Of a DNA stretch of 32,000 nucleotides, positions 18,561 to 27,249 are shown one piece after another. The stretch is from the NCBI GenBank assembly GCA_008080745.1, contig SHMX01000001.1, positions 1 through 32,000 of the forward strand, read 5' to 3'. This stretch comes from Candidatus Thorarchaeota archaeon. Its GTDB lineage: Archaea; Asgardarchaeota; Thorarchaeia; Thorarchaeales; Thorarchaeaceae. Both the position numbers and the translations under genes were made by a program. The first letter of the stretch is position 1; every line of letters begins with the position of its first letter. The notes under the pieces were generated by a model that worked only from the letters and a program-made list of their open reading frames with translations, was not told the origin of the DNA and ran no database searches.

Positions 18561-19364
18561 TTCTATTCGGGTAATTTTCCGGGCTAGTTCTTTTATATCA
18601 TCAAGGGAAAGACGTTCAATACCATCCACTCCAACCTCAAATGTAACCCAAATGGGAGTATGCGGTGCTCCCTTTACTTTTGTAACTCTAAACTGTTTTA
18701 TGAGAATGCCCGCTTTCATGAATGCTGGTTCATGTCGAGTATCTATGATAATATCACTTGAATATGCAATCATATCATCATACGCACTGAATTGTTGCAG
18801 ACCAGTATGATACGTCGCCCAAAATGGAACACCATATTCCTTGCAGAATGTAGCACGCCATGCCTTGAGAGCATTTACTGCTTTGAAGGGGTGGGATTGC
18901 AGAAAAAGTTCAGTAATACTATCGGCAAAAACACCACCGATATTAGATTTATTCTCTTGTAAGACGGAATGTATTGCATCACTTATCTCATCAGGTTCCG
19001 TGGGATTTCGAACCAGTGTAGTATGCTCAAATTTTGCCGTTCGGCTAAGAATTCGGTTTGAAAAACAGTCAATTAGGTGAATAGAGTTCTTTTCGAGCAT
19101 GGATTCATAATCCCACCCCAGAGAGCACAGATTTTGTAAGATAGATACTGGAGTGTCTTCAAAACAGATGAAAATTACCTTTTTTCCGGAATCCATCATC
19201 CTATTTGATATCTCATTAAGCAGTACAGATTTGCCACCCCCACCAGGACCTCGAATAACCCCAAACGCGTTGGAGGGAAACCCCTTTGGAACTTCATTGT
19301 CTATTGCCTGAATATTGGTACTGTATAATTCACGTCCCTGTTCAAGGAGGTCTTTCAAGCTCAT
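18546..19364 (-). CDS. Single-domain RecA-superfamily ATPase (KaiC-like/aRadC/RAD55 type)
   Basis: Walker A GPGGGGKS, FICFED, LIDCFS, Walker B-like VFADSITE and C-terminal FRVTKVKGAPH...FEVGVDGI. Confidence 0.85.
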   Translation of the reverse strand: MSLKDLLEQGRELYSTNIQAIDNEVPKGFPSNAFGVIRGPGGGGKSVLLNEISNRMMDSGKKVIFICFEDTPVSILQNLCSLGWDYESMLEKNSIHLIDCFSNRILSRTAKFEHTTLVRNPTEPDEISDAIHSVLQENKSNIGGVFADSITELFLQSHPFKAVNALKAWRATFCKEYGVPFWATYHTGLQQFSAYDDMIAYSSDIIIDTRHEPAFMKAGILIKQFRVTKVKGAPHTPIWVTFEVGVDGIERLSLDDIKELARKITRIESPES

Positions 19365-19599
19365 TGATAAATTCCCTCACTAATTCAAAAGTATTAAACC
19401 CTAGATTCTTCATAAGACTTGTTGGGTTGCAAGTAGTTGCAGAAAACGTGGACATTGTTGGACAGAATCTGATATGTGTGTATATAGGTGGATTCAGAAT
19501 GAATGTCTGGTCGAAAGACATACCATCGCTGACCGCGAAAAAGTCTCATCCAGTACCGTTACCTGGGAGGACAACGCTTTGATGTACAAGTTTGTCCAA

Positions 19600-20577
19600 C
19601 TAACAATGGACGATTTTAGTACGAGTATCAAATTGTTGAAATTTCATCAAAAGGTAACTTTCAAGAGATTTGACGATCTCAGGTGTCATGAGGGGTTTAA
19701 TAACGATTCCACAGTGGATGTCTACTAATCGAGTGAGTGTCCAAGTGATTAAAGATAAGAGGGCCAATGGAATCAGTTTTTCCAATTCTTTTTGTTGTAT
19801 TTCATCAAGGCCAGGAAAGGTACTATAATCCGCGATTGGTCCGTCTCCCTGAGAGTACATATATGCCAAGTCATAAAGAGGGTTACCTCTGCAGATATCA
19901 CCAACATCTAGCAGCTGGACATTGGATTCAATAAAGACAATATTACCTTCATGTAAATCAGAGTGCATAACAAGTCTGTTCCACTTGGGATAGTCTCCTA
20001 ATTCCCCTAAGAACTCCAGTATTGCTTTTTGATATCTCGAAATATACCCTCTCAAATGTGTTGGTATAGTTCCGATGTTTTCGATTGATTTTTCAAACTG
20101 GTCAAAAAGATGGAGAAGGTAATCTGAAGCTCTTGGAAATTCAGCTAAATCTTCGATAGTAACATTAGAAAAACGATTAAGTGAGTTCTTCAGAGTCCTC
20201 AGGGATTGCTTGGGAATAGAATCAACCCTCTTGTATATTCTTCCCTCCACATATTTTCTAATGAAGAAAGGTGTTCCGAATCTGTCCTTTAGTACCCCGT
20301 ATTCTATTGGGTCAGGAGAAAGATTTTCTCTATATAATGCTAGGGAATGGATGTATTCATCTTCATAGGGATTAGTTTCGAAAAAATTTTGCAGAACAGG
20401 GAGTTTAATTATTACTTGATAAGATGATGTGAAACCATGTAAGTTGATATTAGACCAGCCTCCTACCGGATGAGATTTGATAGATTCCAAAGAAATTTCT
20501 TTTTCGGTAGATTCGTTTAGTAATAATAGGAGCTCGTCCATATTATGTCCATGATATTCTATACCATTCATTCTCAA
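19600..20577 (-). CDS. Aminoglycoside phosphotransferase/choline kinase-like (APH family) protein; true start may be the ATG at 20541
   Basis: GGWSNINL glycine loop, VIIKLP, Brenner motif HSDLHEGNI, LLDVGD and GNPLYDLAY. Confidence 0.85.
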   Translation of the reverse strand: MRMNGIEYHGHNMDELLLLLNESTEKEISLESIKSHPVGGWSNINLHGFTSSYQVIIKLPVLQNFFETNPYEDEYIHSLALYRENLSPDPIEYGVLKDRFGTPFFIRKYVEGRIYKRVDSIPKQSLRTLKNSLNRFSNVTIEDLAEFPRASDYLLHLFDQFEKSIENIGTIPTHLRGYISRYQKAILEFLGELGDYPKWNRLVMHSDLHEGNIVFIESNVQLLDVGDICRGNPLYDLAYMYSQGDGPIADYSTFPGLDEIQQKELEKLIPLALLSLITWTLTRLVDIHCGIVIKPLMTPEIVKSLESYLLMKFQQFDTRTKIVHC

Positions 20578-20617
20578 ACAAGGATAAATTTTCCTAAACT
20601 ACTTAAAGACTAGCCAA

Positions 20618-20917
20618 TTGAACAATGATATGAACGGACGAAACATTCTATTAATTTTAGTACATCTTTTCAGAAAAAGGGGAAAAGAGGTCAATGTTAA
20701 CGAGGCAGTAGAGTACCTCTCGTTCAGATGGAGATATGGTACTCCTAGCAATATTAGAAGACTTCTTTCATTAGCGCTTGAAAAAGATATGATTTCAAGA
20801 GAGGGAAACATTATTTCCGCCAAATTTGACTTTAATATACAGCATCTTTCTCCAAATCAAACTGCAGTTTTTCGGGATAAGGTGATGATAACCAGTACAA
20901 CGGAAGAGATGCGCTAA
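20618..20917 (+). CDS. DUF2240-family archaeal protein (N-terminal winged-helix-like domain only)
   Basis: Pattern LVHLFRKRG...EAVEYLSFRWRY.TP...RRLL.LA.....I.REG..I.AKFD matches the DUF2240 N-terminal domain as I recall it. Confidence 0.65.
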   Translation: MNNDMNGRNILLILVHLFRKRGKEVNVNEAVEYLSFRWRYGTPSNIRRLLSLALEKDMISREGNIISAKFDFNIQHLSPNQTAVFRDKVMITSTTEEMR

Positions 20918-22029
20918 GACTCAATTTCTTGAGCAATCTTTGTAAATGATGCTAAACAAGCTGAAAGATGGATAAAGGGATTCTTTCCCTGAGTGATTCG
21001 TGAGTCGATTTCTGCAAGTCGCTCAATCAATTTGGTTAACACTAGATGTGAGAGGGGGCGACTAAGAAGATCATCCCTCATCTCCGAAACAACTTCATCG
21101 GTTGTATACTGCTCTAATCCAAGTAATTCCATCATAATCTTTCGAGCTTTTTCGTGTTGTCCATCGAAAGCAAGCGAAACCATTTGATGCACACGTTTCT
21201 GTAAATGGGTTTCGGATGCAGCATAAACTGCATCTTCATCCACACTGTTATTGCTAGCAGCGGCAATTTGTAAAATATGAAGTGCACGTCTGAGGTTTCC
21301 TTGAACGTTTCGAATGATAGCTTTGATTGCGAGTTGAGTTATATCTACGTTCTCCTTTTTTGCCACGGATTTGATTAGTTGTTCCGTATATTCGACAGAA
21401 GCAGAGGGAAAATGCAAAACCACACATCGAGAAATTATGGCAGGAGACCAACCAGCCAGGGTAGGTGTAATGAGTATAAAACGACAAACCTCATTGTAAA
21501 TCTCCATCGTTCTTCGAAGAGCTTGCTGCATACTGTAACTCAATGCATCGGCTTCATCGAGAACAAGAATCTTTACCTTTGCATCAGAAACAGTATAGGT
21601 AGAAGCAAAGAAACGAATTGCTTCTTGCAAGAGTTGCCGTCGTGAAGGGCTCCTAGAGATTCCCCTCGTTTTAAGAGATGCTTTCGCCTGACGATAGATT
21701 ACAGACATATATTCATCAAGAGGGGTTCTATCACTTCGGTCAAGCTTTGCTAGTGCTTTAACATCTCGTTTTGCATGGGAGAGGCTATAATTTACAATCT
21801 CTCGAATATTGAGATGCATATAGTTGGAGCTTAAATCATCACCAAGAAATGCACGGGCAAAAACCTCCGAGGCTGCAGTCTTACCAGTTCCCTCGGGTCC
21901 ATAGAGAATGATATTTGGGCATATAGATGCTTTTGAGAAATCTTTGAGATGGCCTAGAGCAGATTCAGGTCCAAAGAAATCATCCCATTTCTTCGGCCGA
22001 TATTTTATACTCCAAAGAACTGGTTCCAC
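20914..22029 (-). CDS. rfcS: Replication factor C small subunit (clamp loader) with a long insertion between Walker A and Walker B
   Basis: WSIKYRPKKW, GPEGTGKT, ILVLDEADAL, QQALRRTME, IISRC (SRC arginine finger), GNLRRALHILQ and a C-terminal helical domain ending ...IHLSACLA. Confidence 0.92.
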   Translation of the reverse strand: MEPVLWSIKYRPKKWDDFFGPESALGHLKDFSKASICPNIILYGPEGTGKTAASEVFARAFLGDDLSSNYMHLNIREIVNYSLSHAKRDVKALAKLDRSDRTPLDEYMSVIYRQAKASLKTRGISRSPSRRQLLQEAIRFFASTYTVSDAKVKILVLDEADALSYSMQQALRRTMEIYNEVCRFILITPTLAGWSPAIISRCVVLHFPSASVEYTEQLIKSVAKKENVDITQLAIKAIIRNVQGNLRRALHILQIAAASNNSVDEDAVYAASETHLQKRVHQMVSLAFDGQHEKARKIMMELLGLEQYTTDEVVSEMRDDLLSRPLSHLVLTKLIERLAEIDSRITQGKNPFIHLSACLASFTKIAQEIES

Positions 22030-22142
22030 ATACTACACCTAGATTTTGTGAAGGATGGAACATTATAACCTTGTTCGTTTCTGACAAGCCTAAAAATCGC
22101 GACCGCAAACGTAAATCTCTTAAATAACAAATCTCAGGGGCC

Positions 22143-23897
22143 TTGTTTGCAAATTGCACTGTTGGGAGACCTGTACCCGAAATGACAGATTCACTTGAAA
22201 AAGACCTCGAACACATGTTTAGAGAAGACCTGATGGTAGCATGTCAATATTGGGGAATAGAACTTAGTGGAACCAAGTCTGGAACCCAATTAACCGAACT
22301 ATTAGCGGAAAGAATGAGGAACAAAGAAGCCAGATTACGGATTTTCGCAACATTCAATCAATTAGAATATGACCTCTTAGGAATGTTAGCTCTAAATGGA
22401 GGCGCTATGAGTTATGACCGCTTAAAACCATATAGAAAGATCTATAGCTATGGTCAGTTGAATCAAACCGAGAGAGACCTCCGAAAAAAGGGTATTATCA
22501 TTAGAAGAATGATGTCCCGGCTTACTGAATACGGAAGAGAAGTAGCCGAATTCAAAATTATAGATTTCTTCATACCACATCTAAAGAAGTACTTCTCACA
22601 AAAACCGGAACACGACTCCGAAAAACCAAAACATGTCAGAGATATGACAAACGAAAGGGATTCACTACTGATTGATATCCTGTTACTCGCATCATATTTG
22701 GAAAAACATGAAGTCCATATGACGACAAGTTGGGAATTTCCGAAAAGAGAGATTGAACATATCAAAGAACCGATGTCTGATCCCAGTGAGGAGCGGTTCG
22801 AAACTGTGCAGAAGATTGCAAGAAAGGCAGGGGCATATCAGATTGTTGATGAGGATCGATTAATTCCTGGGAATATCTTGTCTTTGTTTGGTGGATATCA
22901 AGAAGAGGTTACTAAGAAATTATTACTATCAGCATTAGGCCGCACACGAGCAATTTGGGCAACACCAGACCAACCAACAGAATACACGTTGAATCTTGTT
23001 ATCTGTCGGCTTAGAGAGAGTAAAAAAGATGAATGGATTCAGGTAGATGAGATGAAGGGCTGGATTCGAAGTGAACTCTTTCAAGATAATCAACCACTGA
23101 AATGGATTCAAGTTGATGAAGATAGAGTAGCCATAGCACTTGAAACCCCCATCTTGCTTGGATTAGTCGAGGCAGCATACAAGAGAAAGAAGCTCATTGC
23201 AGTCAAATTGACGGATATAGGAGAAGAAGTCTTAGCAAAGAAGAAGTCAAAAAGGATTCGAGGACGTGATACCTTCATAGTTCAACCAAACTTCGAGTTA
23301 ACAGTATTCACAACGGAGATGGACTATAGTAAACTCTACAAGCTCATGCTTCTGACAGAGCCCGTAAAAACAGACGTAGTAAGTACTTTCCGTATAACTG
23401 ACCAATCCATTTTCCAAGCAATTGAAGCGGGCATGCGGGAGAATGAGATTATTGAATTTCTTGAAGAAGAGAGTAGTAAACCAGTTCCGGGCAATGTTAC
23501 ACGATCTATCAAGGACTGGACCTCACAAACCACTTTTGCAAAAATTTCGGAGGTCACTATCTTTGAAACAGAGAACGAGAGAGAGCTCGAAGATTTACTC
23601 CTATTGAAAGACTTTAGTAAATATGTTGTCAGAAAAATAGGCCCAACTGTAGTAATTGTAACAGGAGACATGGAAGAACTAAGCGAAACCATGAAGGAAC
23701 ACAAATGTAAGATAAAAATTGCAGGAAAAGAAGAGCATCAGGCACCTAAAATTGAGGGTACTGGAATAGCAGAAAAAATTCTCCTATATGGAGATTCAAC
23801 AGATACAACGGTTCCTGAAGCGTGTCTAGGTTGTCCCGCGGTTAATTCCTGTAACCGAGTACTTCGTAGACGTACTGAAGAGAAAAGGAAACAATAG
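22143..23897 (+). CDS. XPB-partner-like protein with a Helicase_C_3 (p52/Tfb2 clutch-like) domain; likely start ATG at 22182
   Basis: Helical/WH-rich N-terminal region, then VKLTDIGEEVL...FIVQPNFELTVF...DVVSTFRITDQSIFQAIEAG....EIIEFLEEESSKPVPGNVTRSIKDW (Helicase_C_3 signature), a short alpha/beta domain and a terminal CxxCxxxxxC. Confidence 0.8.
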   Translation: MFANCTVGRPVPEMTDSLEKDLEHMFREDLMVACQYWGIELSGTKSGTQLTELLAERMRNKEARLRIFATFNQLEYDLLGMLALNGGAMSYDRLKPYRKIYSYGQLNQTERDLRKKGIIIRRMMSRLTEYGREVAEFKIIDFFIPHLKKYFSQKPEHDSEKPKHVRDMTNERDSLLIDILLLASYLEKHEVHMTTSWEFPKREIEHIKEPMSDPSEERFETVQKIARKAGAYQIVDEDRLIPGNILSLFGGYQEEVTKKLLLSALGRTRAIWATPDQPTEYTLNLVICRLRESKKDEWIQVDEMKGWIRSELFQDNQPLKWIQVDEDRVAIALETPILLGLVEAAYKRKKLIAVKLTDIGEEVLAKKKSKRIRGRDTFIVQPNFELTVFTTEMDYSKLYKLMLLTEPVKTDVVSTFRITDQSIFQAIEAGMRENEIIEFLEEESSKPVPGNVTRSIKDWTSQTTFAKISEVTIFETENERELEDLLLLKDFSKYVVRKIGPTVVIVTGDMEELSETMKEHKCKIKIAGKEEHQAPKIEGTGIAEKILLYGDSTDTTVPEACLGCPAVNSCNRVLRRRTEEKRKQ

Positions 23898-23968
23898 GAT
23901 ATTGCAAGAGGGATATGCTTAAAGGTTCGATTCAATGCTCTTCGCCTGTCAAAGGCAGGTTTAATGTC

Positions 23969-24802
23969 ATGTCGGAGGAAACTAATGAACCAGGAATGGT
24001 CATGAAATTCATCCAAGATTATCGGTTTAAGATGCTTATTCCCGAGCTATTGGTTGTATTCGGCGTTTGGTACCTATTACCGGAATCACTCTACTCGAAT
24101 GTTTATGAATTTCTTGGCCCATTGATGTATATATGTCAGCCATTATTCTTCATGCCCACAGGTTGGCTGGTATTCCTAACTGCATTCACACTTCATGGGA
24201 TATATCCATTGGATAATTATCACGAAGGAAAGATTCCAGATCTTCCCAGAGCAGCTGTTATTATGATTGGAATCTCATTTCTATTTCTTCCCGTCCTAGT
24301 ATTCTTCCAAATGATTGGATACTATATGACAGAGATGACAGAATTCATATCAAGAAATCCATTCTGGGAAAGAGTAGAGAGTCTTGGAGACTTGCTCTTC
24401 TATGCAGGTCCTATGTTCTTTGCAGGTTTACAGATGTGGCTTCTTATCCCAGTATTTTTCCTAAGTCAAAGCATTGATGGAATTCATAAAATTGCACATC
24501 ATGAAACTTCTAACGAGAAGATCACCTGGATATTCTACTTTCTCTTTCCAGTGGTAATTCCAATATTCTTCAGTCCCATTGAGATATTGGCAATGGCGGC
24601 TCTATCAATCCCTGCATTTGCATTCTATTCGTATATTAGGCCATATTACACCTATGTTACTGCAATCCATACTCTAACCTTTGCAGTACTTGTAGTTGTA
24701 GCATTTATTCTAGGACCTAATCTTCCATTGATAGAAATATGGATGCCTGGATTTAGACCAGAACTACCAGCAAGGGATCTTCCCATGTGGATACAATGGT
24801 AA
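23969..24802 (+). CDS. Hypothetical polytopic membrane protein (about 7-8 TM); ORF track start 23915, more plausible ATG at 23969
   Basis: Multiple long hydrophobic segments, co-oriented with the upstream gene, no recognisable family motif. Confidence 0.7.
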   Translation: MSEETNEPGMVMKFIQDYRFKMLIPELLVVFGVWYLLPESLYSNVYEFLGPLMYICQPLFFMPTGWLVFLTAFTLHGIYPLDNYHEGKIPDLPRAAVIMIGISFLFLPVLVFFQMIGYYMTEMTEFISRNPFWERVESLGDLLFYAGPMFFAGLQMWLLIPVFFLSQSIDGIHKIAHHETSNEKITWIFYFLFPVVIPIFFSPIEILAMAALSIPAFAFYSYIRPYYTYVTAIHTLTFAVLVVVAFILGPNLPLIEIWMPGFRPELPARDLPMWIQW

Positions 24803-24807
24803 CCAAT

Positions 24808-24842
24808 GGATGGGGATAACCCCCATCCCTGTTACTCTTTTT
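24808..24842 (+). terminator. Stem-loop terminator candidate between convergent genes
   Basis: Perfect 8-bp stem ggatgggg-ataa-ccccatcc (24808-24827), followed shortly by a T-run. Confidence 0.6.
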
Positions 24843-24857
24843 ATTCTAAAAACAGGT

Positions 24858-25172
24858 TTATTCTGCATGAGTGGGTTTTCTATCAGCCACTTCTTCATCT
24901 TCCTCACGGAGCTTGTGCTGGAATGGACGTCCTTGTCCATAAATAGCTGGGTCCTCATTCTTAGTCTTTGATATGATTACTAAGAACCCAATAAACTGCA
25001 CCGTAACTGAAGCTAATCCAATAACAACAACATCATAGAAGTATTCGTGTTCTATGAAACCAGTCGGCTTCAAAATGCCGATGAGTGGATAGAAAATCAT
25101 CTGAATGATAATTCCAACAAGTAGCATCAAGACCCATTTGTTAGTCCAATTAGACGCCATGATTATTTTCAC
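24858..25172 (-). CDS. Small 2-TM hypothetical membrane protein
   Basis: 104 aa with two hydrophobic helices and a charged C-terminal tail. Last gene of a co-oriented minus-strand run. Confidence 0.65.
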   Translation of the reverse strand: MKIIMASNWTNKWVLMLLVGIIIQMIFYPLIGILKPTGFIEHEYFYDVVVIGLASVTVQFIGFLVIISKTKNEDPAIYGQGRPFQHKLREEDEEVADRKPTHAE

Positions 25173-25254
25173 CCTGATTAAAGGGGTATCTAATGGCGGA
25201 GTATCTATCCAACAATTAAAGGTGTCTGTTCTCCACTAATTAGATTAAGGAAAT

Positions 25255-26229
25255 TTACTGATTCCTGTGTTCATAGTTGTCTCGGAGTAATCTTTCAAGT
25301 AGTATAGCAAGCTCCTTGAAGTCAGATTTGGATATGTTAGGAACCGAGCTTGATCGTTTAGGTATGTCAAATCTAGCCACGAATACTGCAACTTCATCGT
25401 CCATCTGGGTTTCAATCATAGCTGGATATCTAGTTCTTAGTTCGTAGGGATATGTTTCCTCACTAACTTCGCTTCCTTTATAGACAGTACCCACAAGATA
25501 GGGATAAGCAAATCCTGAGTGTGAAACTTGAACTCTAATCGTCACAGTTTCTGGTAAATCAGTTAGATGTGCCTTTGCTTCTGCTGAGAGTATGGTTTTA
25601 GTATCGCCTCTAATACCGTATTCTAATTCCACACCAGCATTGATCCCAGGAACCTGCGAGAGAGCATACGCATATTCAACCTCATCATCATTGAATGGGT
25701 CCTTGAAAAATTCCTCTCCATCAATAGACACACTTTTGAATCCAGATATGAATCCAGCAAGCGCAACAAGAATATATTCTATAAGGAGAACAAACACCGT
25801 ATCATAAAGGGGATCAAATAGGGGTAGAATCAATTCGGTATAGAATAATCCAAAGAAACCAAATAAGAGAACAATAACGGGAGTAATACAGCAGCAAGTG
25901 CCACAATAACTGTCACTTGTATCGGTTAGATGTCCATAGGCATCTTTGTATTCCTCTTCAATCTCCCATAACTCCTTGAAAGTCACCCATTTCTTCTTGG
26001 ACTCCCAAGATCCAGGTGTGTAATCTATACCACGCTTTGAAAGAGCACCCAATCCAATAGAAAGCATCACAACCCCCATAGGTGCAAACAGGTAAATTAT
26101 AAGCTGGGTTAAAAGATCGGGAATAGTTATTCGAACATAGATGACTGCTGCAATGATGATGCCTATGACGACTAAGGATATTCTAGTGACCCAGTGATGC
26201 TTAGTATAATCAATTACTTCATCTGTCAC
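25255..26229 (-). CDS. 4-TM membrane protein with C-terminal soluble domain (paralog C of a tandem trio)
   Basis: GTG start with AAGGTGA ribosome-binding site. TM1-TM2, a ~45-aa loop, TM3-TM4, then a ~160-aa alpha/beta domain. Contains CGTCCC. Confidence 0.8.
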   Translation of the reverse strand: MTDEVIDYTKHHWVTRISLVVIGIIIAAVIYVRITIPDLLTQLIIYLFAPMGVVMLSIGLGALSKRGIDYTPGSWESKKKWVTFKELWEIEEEYKDAYGHLTDTSDSYCGTCCCITPVIVLLFGFFGLFYTELILPLFDPLYDTVFVLLIEYILVALAGFISGFKSVSIDGEEFFKDPFNDDEVEYAYALSQVPGINAGVELEYGIRGDTKTILSAEAKAHLTDLPETVTIRVQVSHSGFAYPYLVGTVYKGSEVSEETYPYELRTRYPAMIETQMDDEVAVFVARFDIPKRSSSVPNISKSDFKELAILLERLLRDNYEHRNQ

Positions 26230-26295
26230 GCAATCACCTTCATGATTACTCTGTTGGGATTGATATAAGATAAGCTCACCGGATGACTAAAGGTA

Positions 26296-27207
26296 TTAAC
26301 CCGTATCCTTTATGAAATCAATAGAGAGTTCTGCCAGAACTTCATCAATTAACTCATTGCTTCCTCTGATACTAACATAGATTTTTATAATTTCAATAAC
26401 CAGATGCTGTACGGTTTCTGGGGATATATTGGATTCTAGTGGAGCTATAGTTGGTGCTTCTTCGAAATTTAGTTCAGAGTTGATACGTAACACTTGCCCG
26501 GATTGGTCTAACTCTGCAACAAGACAAGCAGCACTTTCTAAACTATCAATACGTCCTATTACTTTCAAGTCTTCCATGACATAGTAGTCTCCGTATCGAC
26601 CTATATCGAGTCTTACACCCGTCCAAGATAAGCTTGGAGTCGAAATGAATAGAGATACAGCATCTCGTAGTTTTCTAGCAGGTGTGTAGGGAAATTCCGA
26701 ACTAATTGGAGCAGGAACAAACGACCTGAGGAAAACTGACAAGGACACTCCATACATTATCATCGAGAAGCCAAATACAAATGGAGCGAATTGTAGTGTC
26801 AATATCGGACCGAATGCCATCAGAAATGGAACGAATAGTGTAATGAGGGCCGCAGCTATTGAGATGGATAACCAGAGATAGTCAACAGTTTGAATTATGC
26901 CAGAGTATACTTTGGCATATTCATATGCCATGGACTTGTATTCTGAATACGCTACTTCTCTTTTTTTAAAATCCCATTCAACATCTAATAATTCGATTTT
27001 ATTTTTCTCCGCCCACACGATTACAAATACCATAGGAATCAATATCAGAATAAGACCAGACGCAGGAATAATCCAGTTAATAAAAATTAGATCTAGTAAT
27101 ACATACTGAGCGATATATGCTGAGAGAAAAGACCAGATTACGATGGAAGATAATAAAATCAGATTATAAAAGATCGATGAAGGTAATATTAGAGGTGAAT
27201 CTTCCAT
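26296..27207 (-). CDS. 4-TM membrane protein with C-terminal soluble domain (paralog B of a tandem trio)
   Basis: Same architecture as its neighbours, with shared loop motif (W..KK.......EY...Y) and post-TM4 motif (EFPYTP). Confidence 0.8.
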   Translation of the reverse strand: MEDSPLILPSSIFYNLILLSSIVIWSFLSAYIAQYVLLDLIFINWIIPASGLILILIPMVFVIVWAEKNKIELLDVEWDFKKREVAYSEYKSMAYEYAKVYSGIIQTVDYLWLSISIAAALITLFVPFLMAFGPILTLQFAPFVFGFSMIMYGVSLSVFLRSFVPAPISSEFPYTPARKLRDAVSLFISTPSLSWTGVRLDIGRYGDYYVMEDLKVIGRIDSLESAACLVAELDQSGQVLRINSELNFEEAPTIAPLESNISPETVQHLVIEIIKIYVSIRGSNELIDEVLAELSIDFIKDTG

Positions 27208-27249
27208 AATGTACCACTCTTATGCATATCTACACCGATATACAAATGT

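Noticed and set aside
18546-19364. Circadian KaiC clock
   Set aside because: Single RecA domain only, and no kaiA/kaiB nearby. Such proteins are common archaeal paralogs.
21630-21810. Intein in RFC (a common intein host)
   Set aside because: No N-terminal Cys/Ser block, no His-Asn C-terminal splice junction, and the segment is too short and helical.
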